In this document: piece after piece, positions 10,581 through 19,370 of the stretch
How the letters are laid out: each line of letters starts with the position of its first letter
Position numbering within the stretch: position 1 is the stretch's first letter
DNA from: Candidatus Zhuqueibacterota bacterium
GTDB lineage: Bacteria; Zhuqueibacterota; Zhuqueibacteria; Thermofontimicrobiales; Thiofontviventaceae
Direction of reading: 5' to 3'
Assembly (NCBI GenBank): GCA_016931935.1
Contig: JAFGDW010000237.1
Location: forward strand, 35,745 to 99,744
DNA length: 64,000 bases
Translations under genes and position numbers: made by a program
The notes under the pieces: generated by a model
What the model saw: the letters and a program-made list of their open reading frames with translations, nothing else
Told to the model about the DNA's origin: nothing
The model's database searches: none

Positions 10581-11525
10581 ATGAGTAGCACAGCTTTAAT
10601 TTTTCACATCCAGCGATTTTCAATCCATGATGGTCCGGGAATTCGGACGACGGTTTTTTTTAAAGGTTGTTCATTAAGTTGTTTTTGGTGTCATAATCCG
10701 GAAGGCCGGCATGCTTATTCAGAAATTCAATTCGTCGCCTCCAATTGCATTGGCTGTGGTGAATGTGTCTACGTATGTGAGCATCATGCTCATCAGCTAA
10801 AAGATGGTGAACGATTTTACAGCCGTGCTCTCTGTGTAAATTGTGGTAAATGCGCCCAAAATTGTTTCTCCGGAACGCTTGAATTAATCGGCAAGCGAAT
10901 GACCGTGAAGCAGGTGATGGATGAAATACTCCGGGATAGCGCATTTTATGAATCATCGAATGGTGGTATTACGTTATCGGGTGGCGAGCCCTGTTTAAAA
11001 AGTGTATTCATCAGAACGCTGTTGGAACAATGTAAACAACAGAACATACATACAGCGCTTGAAACGTGTGGCAATTACAAATGGGATAAATTAAATTCAT
11101 TACTGCCGTTTACGGATTTGGTTATGATGGATATTAAATTAATGAATCCGGACAAGCACAAACAGGTGACCGGCGATTCTAACAAACGGATCATTACCAA
11201 TGCCCGACAACTGGTATTAACCGATAAACCGATTATTTTCCGCACGCCCATTGTCCCAACGGTTAATGACACGATTGAGGAATTTAGTGAGATTGTTGAC
11301 TTCATTGAAGAATTAATCGAATTACGCCTGAAACGGGGCAAAGCTTCAACAAATGATGCGAATATTCAACTGGAATTGCTGCCGTTTCATCAACTGGCAT
11401 CGGATAAGTACAAACATTTGGGACAGGACTACAAGGCAGCGCAACTGATCCCGCCGGCCAGTGAAAAGATGCATGAACTGGCTGAAATTGCTAAAAAGCA
11501 CGCAATTGATGTGAAAGTAAGGTGA
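10581..11525 (+). CDS. Glycyl-radical enzyme activating enzyme (radical SAM) with inserted two-cluster ferredoxin-like domain
   Basis: It has HDGPGIRTTVFFKGCSLSCFWCHNPE (CX3CX2C radical SAM) plus CIGCGECVYVCEHHA and CVNCGKCAQNC. This insertion is characteristic of non-PFL-type activases. Confidence 0.9.
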   Translation: MSSTALIFHIQRFSIHDGPGIRTTVFFKGCSLSCFWCHNPEGRHAYSEIQFVASNCIGCGECVYVCEHHAHQLKDGERFYSRALCVNCGKCAQNCFSGTLELIGKRMTVKQVMDEILRDSAFYESSNGGITLSGGEPCLKSVFIRTLLEQCKQQNIHTALETCGNYKWDKLNSLLPFTDLVMMDIKLMNPDKHKQVTGDSNKRIITNARQLVLTDKPIIFRTPIVPTVNDTIEEFSEIVDFIEELIELRLKRGKASTNDANIQLELLPFHQLASDKYKHLGQDYKAAQLIPPASEKMHELAEIAKKHAIDVKVR

Positions 11526-11544
11526 TCGTGAATTTGCTAAGACC

Positions 11545-11577
11545 ACCGATGCTATCGCTCGAAGCGCTGGCATCGGT
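11545..11577 (+). other. Branched hairpin with outer stem ACCGATGC/GCATCGGT enclosing a CGCTcgaAGCG mini-palindrome, between activase and GRE genes
   Basis: I read it directly from the sequence. The outer stem is identical to that of the hairpin at 15762-15796. Confidence 0.45.
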
Positions 11578-11618
11578 ACCTGGAAGCAAATAAACTTTAT
11601 TCATCTTAAAAATGAGAA

Positions 11619-13853
11619 ATGACTATGGAAAACAATACATACACATACCAACAGCGCATCGATGCACTACGCGCCACGAAACTGAAACATACGCAGGAAA
11701 AATGGGATTATATCGGAGTGTTAGATTATGACGATTACGCGCTCATCCTTCCCCCGGTTGAATATAGAGAGAAAAAGCATTTGGTCAGCGCCTCCGGCCT
11801 GGAAATAACAGATGTGTTGTATACGAAATTTGTACCGAAAACGAACCATCCCGGCGGTGGATTTTTTGGCGCGCGCATCTGTGGCGAGAATTTTGGAAAG
11901 ATGCTGGAAATACATCCTGTTTATATTGATCCCTTCAGTTCGTTAGCCGGATCATTTATGATGATTTTGCTATCATATCGCGATCCGTATTGGAATCCTG
12001 ATTTCAACTTTTCTCATTTGGAAAACGAACATAAAAAATATAAAATTACATTGCATGGAATTGGAGCAGCTCAACATTTTTGCCATGATATGACAATCGG
12101 TTTTGAACTTGGCTGGAAAGGCATTCTCGACAAGATTCGCCATTATCGCACACTAAACACCGATGAAGAGGCAACCGAATTATACGATGGCCTGGAAGAT
12201 ATAGTATCGGGATTCCAAAACTGGATCGGACGCCATGCTGTTGCAGCCCGGGAAATGGCGGCCGCGGAAAAGAATCGGTTACTAAAACAAAATCTGTTGG
12301 AGATTGCTGAAATTAACGAGAAGCTGGTTTCCGAACCCCCAACCACATTTCGGGAAGCCTGCCAATGGATGCTGTGGTACCAGATAGCAGGCAAAATGTA
12401 TAACGCAGGCGGCTCGCTTGGCAGAATCGATCAGTTTCTGCTTCCATTCTATGAACGCGATATTACTGCCGGAATCCTTACGGATGAAGAAGCTATTTTT
12501 CATATCGCGTGTCATTTCATTCATGATACAAGTTACATTCAACTGGGCGGGCCCGATGAAAACGGACATGATGCTACAAATAAATTGTCCTATCTTGTGC
12601 TTGAAGCTGCGCACCGGTTAAAAATTCCCATGAATGTAGGTGTCTGTGTCGGAGAGAAACTGGATACTCAATTGTTAAGGCGTGGTGTTGAAATTTTGTT
12701 TGAGGACAAAACCGGGATTCCAAAATTTCTTGGTATTGATGTAACAAGCAAGGATTTTACGAAAAACGGTTATCCGATTGAATTGGGACGAGACCGTGTA
12801 TATTGCGGCTGCAACTGGCATGCAATACCCGGACGGGAATATACAATGAATGATTGTGTTAAACTAAACCTTGGCGTCGTTTTTGAAGTTGCCTTCTATG
12901 ACATGATGGATGATAAGAATACCCATCCATCCGTCGCTGAATTATGGAAACGCTACGAATACCATATGTCGCGCGCTGTTGATATTATTGCGCAGAGTAT
13001 GGATTTTCATCTCGATCACATGTTTCAAGTATTCCCGGAACTCCATCTGGATTTGTTATGTCACGGCCCAATTGAAAGAGGGCGAGATGCATCACATGGC
13101 GGTGTTGAATTTTATAATCTGGGTTTGGATGCCGCAGGGCTGGCCACTGTCGCTGATTCATTTGCTGCGCTTGAGCAGCGTATCGAAATTGAAAAGCGTT
13201 TGACCTGGCAGGAATTAACGGATTACTTGAAGTCGGATTGGGCGGGCACCGATGGCGAGCGCGCCCGGCTAATGATGAAGAAAGCGCCTAAATTTGGCAG
13301 CGGCGGCAGTCTGGCCGATGATTACGCAATACGGGTATCACGTTTATTTACGAATTATGTCATCGAACATCCGACACCCAAAGGTTTCAAAATTCTTCCG
13401 GGTATCTTTTCGTGGGCGCTCACGGTTCAATTGGGAAAAGATGTAGGCGCAACACCCAATGGACGTCACGCCTACGCTTCAATTACACACGGCCCGAATC
13501 CCGAGCCTGGCTTTCGCAAAGATAGCGCGCCATCCGCATTGGCAGTGGCGGTCGCAAAAGTGCAACCAGGCTACGGCAACACTGCCCCAATGCAAATCGA
13601 ATTGGATCCCGGCCTTTCCAGAGATGAAGAAAACATTGAAAAATTAATGAGTCTGATAAAAACCCATTTCGAGTTGGGTGGCACACAAATTAATATGAAT
13701 ATTTTGGACAAGCAGAAAATAGTGGAAGCGCATGAAGATCCATCTCGACATCCGGATTTAGTGGTGCGTGTTACAGGATTCAGCGCCTATTTTGCCAGCC
13801 TGTCACCGGAACTGAGGCAGGTGGTGGTGGACAGGATAGTAACAAGTGAGTAA
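11619..13853 (+). CDS. Glycyl radical enzyme (PFL-fold), divergent; non-canonical Cys loop
   Basis: It carries the C-terminal glycyl radical motif RVTGFSAYF. It also has ATPNGR and REACQWMLWYQ…GGSLGRIDQF motifs that align with PFL landmarks. The Cys loop reads VYCGCNWH where PFL has CC and eliminases have GC[VI]E. Confidence 0.85.
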   Translation: MTMENNTYTYQQRIDALRATKLKHTQEKWDYIGVLDYDDYALILPPVEYREKKHLVSASGLEITDVLYTKFVPKTNHPGGGFFGARICGENFGKMLEIHPVYIDPFSSLAGSFMMILLSYRDPYWNPDFNFSHLENEHKKYKITLHGIGAAQHFCHDMTIGFELGWKGILDKIRHYRTLNTDEEATELYDGLEDIVSGFQNWIGRHAVAAREMAAAEKNRLLKQNLLEIAEINEKLVSEPPTTFREACQWMLWYQIAGKMYNAGGSLGRIDQFLLPFYERDITAGILTDEEAIFHIACHFIHDTSYIQLGGPDENGHDATNKLSYLVLEAAHRLKIPMNVGVCVGEKLDTQLLRRGVEILFEDKTGIPKFLGIDVTSKDFTKNGYPIELGRDRVYCGCNWHAIPGREYTMNDCVKLNLGVVFEVAFYDMMDDKNTHPSVAELWKRYEYHMSRAVDIIAQSMDFHLDHMFQVFPELHLDLLCHGPIERGRDASHGGVEFYNLGLDAAGLATVADSFAALEQRIEIEKRLTWQELTDYLKSDWAGTDGERARLMMKKAPKFGSGGSLADDYAIRVSRLFTNYVIEHPTPKGFKILPGIFSWALTVQLGKDVGATPNGRHAYASITHGPNPEPGFRKDSAPSALAVAVAKVQPGYGNTAPMQIELDPGLSRDEENIEKLMSLIKTHFELGGTQINMNILDKQKIVEAHEDPSRHPDLVVRVTGFSAYFASLSPELRQVVVDRIVTSE

Positions 13854-14064
13854 TTAAATGGTAGTAAAATGTTTTGTAATTACATCGTTCCGCCAGTCAT
13901 CTGGCGGAATGCAGTCTCGTCGCTCTGCGACGACTCCGCAAACAATATGGCACATATTCGTTTTTGATTAAAAATACAAGTGGAAACAGGGTCCGCACTG
14001 AATTCCGCTCCCACAAGGGGACCGGCGGAACTATGTAATAATAGTCTTTCATCAAAGGAAATAC

Positions 14065-14934
14065 ATGAAAAAGTATACACCATACATACTGCTCTTTCCG
14101 GCATTGGCGCTCACCATTTTTGTGCTTGTTTATCCACTCATCCAAAATCTGATCAACAGTTTTATGGATGTGAGCTTAATTAAAGGATGTAAGGGATGGA
14201 ACGGTTTTCGGAATTATTTTAACATAATTCATGATGGTGTGTTCTGGCTTGCGTTCAAAAATACATGCATATATGCGGTATTGGGTACCATTCTATCGTT
14301 GATAACAGGACTTGGAATCGCATTATTGCTCAATCAGGAACTTGGGAAAATAAACAGTGTGTTGAAGTTTTTGTACACGATTCCCTGGGTGATTTCACCA
14401 GTGGTTGCCGGATTTGCCTGGAAATGGTTACTCAACGATAACTTTGGTATCATCAATCATTGGTTGCAAAGCGCGGGTATAATTAAAGAAGGCATTACAT
14501 GGCTGGGAAGCGCGGACACAGCGCTGATATGCGTGATTCTAGCCCGGGTTTGGCAATTTTACCCATTCGCCATGGTGATGTTTCTTGCCGGACTCCAGGC
14601 AATTCCACAGGAGCAATACGAGGCCGCATCCATTGATGGCGCGAATTGCATCCGGAAATTTTTCCACATTACTTTGCCCAATTTAGGCTCGGTTATCAAC
14701 GTCCTGTTACTGCTGGGACTGATTTGGAGTTTTAACGATTTTAATATGGTGTTCGTTATGACTCGCGGGGGTCCCATTAACTCATCCATGGTGTTGCCGG
14801 TTTTGGTTCGCGAATATTCATTCGTGCACTTCGATCTTGGCAAAGGTTCGGCATTATCGATTTTAATTTTTAGCTTGCTACTCACCCTGTCATTCATTTA
14901 TCTGAAAGTAATTTCCCAGCGGGAAAGTATATGA
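14065..14934 (+). CDS. ABC transporter permease (MalF/UgpA-like, sugar)
   Basis: It has 6 TM helices and the EAA-loop region (…EAASIDGANCIRKFFHITLP…). Confidence 0.85.
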   Translation: MKKYTPYILLFPALALTIFVLVYPLIQNLINSFMDVSLIKGCKGWNGFRNYFNIIHDGVFWLAFKNTCIYAVLGTILSLITGLGIALLLNQELGKINSVLKFLYTIPWVISPVVAGFAWKWLLNDNFGIINHWLQSAGIIKEGITWLGSADTALICVILARVWQFYPFAMVMFLAGLQAIPQEQYEAASIDGANCIRKFFHITLPNLGSVINVLLLLGLIWSFNDFNMVFVMTRGGPINSSMVLPVLVREYSFVHFDLGKGSALSILIFSLLLTLSFIYLKVISQRESI

Positions 14935-15743
14935 GAAAGCTGCTGCTAAACATTATCACGTTCTCTCTGATTCTGATTATCCTCATTCCATTCTTTTGGA
15001 TGTTTTCCACTTCGCTAAAGCCATTGCCGGAAGTGAATAAAATACCACCACAGTGGACGTGCAAGGGTATGAGTTTCAAATCGTACTGCGATATGTTCAT
15101 GTATCTTCCGTTTACGACCTATGCTATAAACAGTTTTATCATTGCGCTGTCAACAACATTCCTGACACTTCTCATCGGGAGTCTGGCAGGTTTTGCATTT
15201 GCCCGTTGTCAGTTTAAGGGAAAAGAATTTATCCTGATCGTGTTCCTGCTTTCCCAAATGTTGCCTGGCGCATCGATTATCATTCCACTGTTTCAGCTAA
15301 TTCGCAAAGCTGGGATTTATGATACTCCTGTCGGCTTGATCCTTGTGCATACGTCAGTTTTACTGCCATTTGTAATTTGGCTACTGTATGGTTTCTTCAA
15401 AACAATACCCCAGGAAGTAGAAGACGCTGCGCTAATCGATGGCTGCTCCAAACTTGATGTCCTGCTGAAAGTACTGCTGCCGCTTTCTTTGCCAGGATTG
15501 GGGGCCACAGCTCTGTTTGCCTTTCTCGGCTCATGGAATGAATTTTTCTTTGCATTAATTCTTACAGAATCTGATACATCACGAACTATACCGGTGGGAA
15601 TCGGACTTTTTGTTGGCGAATATCGCGACGTATGGAATCAGATGTCCGCAGCCGCTGTTCTTTTCAGCATTCCACCATTGGTGCTGTTTTTAATGCTACA
15701 AAAAACGTTTGTGAAAGGATTGACAGCAGGGGCATTAAAATAG
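14931..15743 (+). CDS. ABC transporter permease (MalG/UgpE-like, sugar)
   Basis: Its start overlaps the previous stop by 4 bp. It has the EAA motif (…EDAALIDGCSKLDVLLKVLLP…). Confidence 0.85.
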   Translation: MRKLLLNIITFSLILIILIPFFWMFSTSLKPLPEVNKIPPQWTCKGMSFKSYCDMFMYLPFTTYAINSFIIALSTTFLTLLIGSLAGFAFARCQFKGKEFILIVFLLSQMLPGASIIIPLFQLIRKAGIYDTPVGLILVHTSVLLPFVIWLLYGFFKTIPQEVEDAALIDGCSKLDVLLKVLLPLSLPGLGATALFAFLGSWNEFFFALILTESDTSRTIPVGIGLFVGEYRDVWNQMSAAAVLFSIPPLVLFLMLQKTFVKGLTAGALK

Positions 15744-15761
15744 TTTGTCATTTGTTACGAG

Positions 15762-15796
15762 ACCGATGCCATCTCTTAGAGAGATGGCATCGGTGG
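15762..15796 (+). terminator. Perfect 14-15 bp hairpin ACCGATGCCATCTCT-tag-AGAGATGGCATCGGT (putative terminator/processing site; no U-tract)
   Basis: I read it directly from the sequence. It lies 19 nt after the permease stop. Confidence 0.4.
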
Positions 15797-15837
15797 CTAT
15801 GAATAGGAGCGGCTAATAAAATTTTGAAAGGAAATAT

Positions 15838-16518
15838 ATGAACCGTTCGGAGATTAATCAGCTTCAACGGGAAGCTGTGGAATTTTTCAAACAACAAAAA
15901 TTTTATCTCCCCCACTGGCTCTATTGGCAAAAACACGATTGGTTGAAAAATAAAAAAAATACAACGGAAATTATCGAGAATAAACTTGGCTGGGATTTAA
16001 CGGATTTTGGTTCAGGATATTTTTATCAACAAGGTTTACTTTTAATCACATTGCGAAACGGAAAACCGGGCGTTAAATCCGGGAAAAATTATGCTGAAAA
16101 AATAATGATTGTCCGTGAGAATCAGGTAACGCCCTGGCATTTTCATTGGAGTAAAATGGAAGACATTATCAATCGCGGCGGCGGTAATCTGGTGATCGAA
16201 TTGTGCAATTCAACAGCAGATGAAACACTTGCGGATACTCAAGTTTCCGTGCAGATTGATGGCATTACTCACACTGTTGATGCGTATGGTACAATTGTGC
16301 TTAAACCGGGTGAAAGCATTACATTTCCGTCGTATTTATATCATCAGTTTTATGGCGAAACCGGCAAGGGTCAGGTGCTTGTTGGTGAAGTATCCCAGGT
16401 GAATGATGATGAACGTGATAATCGTTTTCTAAATCCGGTTGGACGATTTCCTGAAATAATTGAAGACGAAGCGCCATTGTACTACTTGTGCAATGAATAT
16501 CCGGTATCGACAGTTTAA
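15838..16518 (+). CDS. Cupin-type D-lyxose/D-mannose ketol-isomerase (YdaE-like)
   Basis: It is about 226 aa. The cupin core contains …VTPWHFHWSKMEDIINRGGG…YHQFYGE…, resembling the D-lyxose isomerase family. Confidence 0.55.
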   Translation: MNRSEINQLQREAVEFFKQQKFYLPHWLYWQKHDWLKNKKNTTEIIENKLGWDLTDFGSGYFYQQGLLLITLRNGKPGVKSGKNYAEKIMIVRENQVTPWHFHWSKMEDIINRGGGNLVIELCNSTADETLADTQVSVQIDGITHTVDAYGTIVLKPGESITFPSYLYHQFYGETGKGQVLVGEVSQVNDDERDNRFLNPVGRFPEIIEDEAPLYYLCNEYPVSTV

Positions 16519-16539
16519 TGCGTTGATGTTTAACTTGTT

Positions 16540-17158
16540 CCGTCACGACAGGTCGCGGACGATTTATATTTCGGTTTTGCCACCGGATGGGAAGATATTT
16601 GTTGCAAAAACGAACCGTTGGTTCCCATGGATTTTTTCAAGAGTGTGGTCGTACCGCGTTATAGACGAATTCGTGTCCGTCCCGAAATGGTTCGAAATCA
16701 TCTTGATTGCAAGTTAAATATTTAAATTATATAAGAAAGTATGACAAGCTGGAAGCTTATCGTACTTTACCGGACAGACACGAATTAGCATGAAACTTCA
16801 CACTGCCGGAATTGACAAATGGTATACCGGTTGCAATTGCGATGTCCGGCTGCTGTTGCCGCATTTCCTGGAAGCCGGTATTAATTGCCTGTTTCCGCAT
16901 GAAGTCAATAGTTGTATTCATCCCGCGCAGTTGCTAAATGAATACGGCAAAGACCTGAGAATAATGGGGGGTTTCGATAAATTGGAAATGATTAAGGGCA
17001 AAGAAGCGATTTAAAAATACATGGAAAGCCTGGCGCCATTGGTCGAGTGTGGGGGATATATTCCATTTTGCAACCACCGGTGCCCGCCGGATGTAAAGCC
17101 GGAGAATTTTTTGTATTATCTGAATTTGAAAGAGCAGATGTTCGGGGTAAAAATGTAA
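16540..17158 (+). pseudogene. Decayed third URO-D/MtaA-like paralog (N-terminal third missing, in-frame stops)
   Basis: Pieces in one frame (16460-16717, 16790-17014, 17021-17158) align with the C-terminal two-thirds of the 2-661 and 2785-3801 paralogs (…NRWFPWIFSRV… / …GGYIPFCNHRCPPDVKPENF…). They are interrupted by TAA at 16718 and 17012, and by TGA. Confidence 0.55.
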
Positions 17159-17203
17159 TTTTTAATAATGGATAACAAAATTACGGTCACCAAAGGAGAA
17201 TAA

Positions 17204-17980
17204 GTGAATATCAACACCGGAAAAACGATTCGGTTGAGCGATTTTATTCATCCAAAGGATAAACGCTGTTTAATGGTAGATACAACAATCACATCTACGC
17301 TGGGCGCAATCACAGGATTGGAAGATTTCGGTACTGTACTGAAAAGTATTAATGAGTTGGTGGATGGAATAATAATTAATCCGGGACAACTTGAACATCA
17401 GGCGGAGCAACTCGGCGGCAAACGTCGCGCAACTCCGATTGTGCGCGTCGACTGGACGAATGCCTATCGTCACAACGATTTCTGCCTGCCCGTTTCTAAT
17501 GTGAAACGATTGATGATTTCAAACGGCGATGACGCATTCCAGCTTGGCGCTTCTGCAGTAATCGCCAGTCTACTGCTGGGATTTAACGACGAGTTCGAAG
17601 CCAATAATATCAAGGAGCTTTCGCTATTGGCCAGAGAATGTCATCCGATTTCCATGCCTGTTATCATCGATATTCGCCCGATTGGTCCCAAAGTATCACT
17701 CGGTAATTTTAGTGAAAGTATTAAACTGGGAGTGTCGTTCATGCTGGAGCTTGGCGCTGATGCCTTAATTATTCCCACCTGCGATTCGGAGACATATCAA
17801 ACAATTGCCCGGTGGATAAGTGTGCCTGTACTGCTCAGACTAAACGAATTTCCGCCCGAAAGTAACATGAAGCAAATGTTTGACGCCGGTGTTGCCGGGA
17901 TCGTTTTAGCGGAAGATATTTTTGCTGTATCCGATTATGCACAAAAAATTGAAAATCTGAAAACAATCATACATCAGTAA
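17204..17980 (+). CDS. DhnA-type class I aldolase paralog (archaeal FBA / ADH-synthase / LsrF family), apparently lacking the Schiff-base lysine
   Basis: It has a GTG start with AAGGAG 8 nt upstream. It aligns along its length with the N-terminal domain of the next gene. It has …DTTITS… where the paralog has AADHG, and GADALIIPT where the paralog has GADALKIPY. Confidence 0.65.
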   Translation: MNINTGKTIRLSDFIHPKDKRCLMVDTTITSTLGAITGLEDFGTVLKSINELVDGIIINPGQLEHQAEQLGGKRRATPIVRVDWTNAYRHNDFCLPVSNVKRLMISNGDDAFQLGASAVIASLLLGFNDEFEANNIKELSLLARECHPISMPVIIDIRPIGPKVSLGNFSESIKLGVSFMLELGADALIIPTCDSETYQTIARWISVPVLLRLNEFPPESNMKQMFDAGVAGIVLAEDIFAVSDYAQKIENLKTIIHQ

Positions 17981-17989
17981 AGGAATACA

Positions 17990-19276
17990 ATGTCAGTATC
18001 AGCAGGTAAATCAGTCAGATTAAATCGGTTATTCAATCCGAAAGATGGCAAAGCTGTATGTGTGGCAGCAGATCATGGCTGGATGTCCGACCCGACTGCA
18101 AATGTCATGGAACTGGAGAGCATTTTACATAAAGTCGTGCAAGGTGGCGCGGATGGTATTCTCATCAGCTTCGGCACAGCGCTGCGGCTTGGCCACATTA
18201 TACAGGGGAAAAATTCACCGGCCATGTTGATCCGTGCCGATTGGATGAATTTGCCACGGTTAGGCGGCGCCAATGTTAGCAATATCCTGCCGGTTGTTAA
18301 TTTTAAAAAAATGGCAACTTCGTTTGCCAAAGATGCGCTGTTGGTTGGCGCATCGGCAATTACTATTTATTACTTTATTGGCTATAATGATGAATTTGAA
18401 ACCATAAATATAGAACAATCTGCAATGTTTGCCCGCGAATGCCGCAAAATTGGCTTGCCGTTAATCATAGAGCCGATGGCAATCGGTGGCATGGTTTCCG
18501 GTGTCAACATTGCTGAAATCTTGATTGCTTCAGCGCGTATTGCGGTGGAAATTGGCGCCGATGCCTTAAAGATACCCTACACCGGTGATGTCAAAACGTT
18601 CAAACTGTTAGTAGATCAATCGAGAGTCCCTGTGTTAGTTCTCGGTGGTGCAAAATCGGATGTGCCGCGCGATGCACTGGAACTGGTGGATGAAGCGTTG
18701 CAGGCAGGCGCTAGCGGCACTGTCTTCGGACGCAATGTCACCAAGGCCACAGATCCGCAAAAGATGGTTGCCGACCTGTGTGCTTTGGTTCATGAAAATA
18801 AATCGCTCGATGAAATTTTTGGAGAAACAAGCAAATCAGGTTACCGGCTGAAAGCCATTCCTGAAAATTGTACCGGCTGCCAATTATGTGAAATTGTCTG
18901 TACACAATTCCATGAAAAAAACTATGGCATAAAAAGCGCGCGAATTAAAATCCACGCAAAAGGAAGTGAACCGGCTTTCAAACCATCCGTTTGTACACTT
19001 TGCGGGAAATGTGTCAACGCATGTGAACCGGGCGCGCTGACAATAGGAGATAAAGGCTATCTTGTGCTTGATAAATCACGTTGCAACGGCTGCGCCCATT
19101 GTATGGTAGCCTGTCCGTTTGGCGTTATTACCATGAATGCGGAAACGAATACACCAATCTTTTGTGATTTGTGTTTGGGCGATCCGCAATGTGTAAAATG
19201 GTGCAAACGTGATGCGTTAACGTTGGTGAAACGAAAAGAAAATGATGTAGCTAACAAGCTTGGGAATGAGAATTAA
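17990..19276 (+). CDS. DhnA-type class I aldolase fused to C-terminal four-[4Fe-4S] ferredoxin domain (AorA/YdhY-like)
   Basis: The N-terminal domain has GKSVRLNRLFNPKDGKAV…AADHG…GADALKIPYTG…GGAKSD…GRNV. The C-terminal 150 aa carry CTGCQLCEIVC, CTLCGKCVNAC, CNGCAHCMVAC and CDLCLGDPQCVKWC. Confidence 0.8.
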   Translation: MSVSAGKSVRLNRLFNPKDGKAVCVAADHGWMSDPTANVMELESILHKVVQGGADGILISFGTALRLGHIIQGKNSPAMLIRADWMNLPRLGGANVSNILPVVNFKKMATSFAKDALLVGASAITIYYFIGYNDEFETINIEQSAMFARECRKIGLPLIIEPMAIGGMVSGVNIAEILIASARIAVEIGADALKIPYTGDVKTFKLLVDQSRVPVLVLGGAKSDVPRDALELVDEALQAGASGTVFGRNVTKATDPQKMVADLCALVHENKSLDEIFGETSKSGYRLKAIPENCTGCQLCEIVCTQFHEKNYGIKSARIKIHAKGSEPAFKPSVCTLCGKCVNACEPGALTIGDKGYLVLDKSRCNGCAHCMVACPFGVITMNAETNTPIFCDLCLGDPQCVKWCKRDALTLVKRKENDVANKLGNEN

Positions 19277-19370
19277 ATAACACCGTCTGTGTTCATGAAT
19301 ATCTCTTAATTATGATAACGTTACATAGGCCTGGCCGTGTGTTGATTATTAGTGAGCTTAAACTTTGTTT

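Noticed and set aside
11619-13853. Calling the GRE a pyruvate formate-lyase
   Set aside because: The activase has the ferredoxin-like insertion absent from PflA. The Cys loop is CGC rather than CC. At 744 aa it is shorter than PFL. I left the substrate unassigned.
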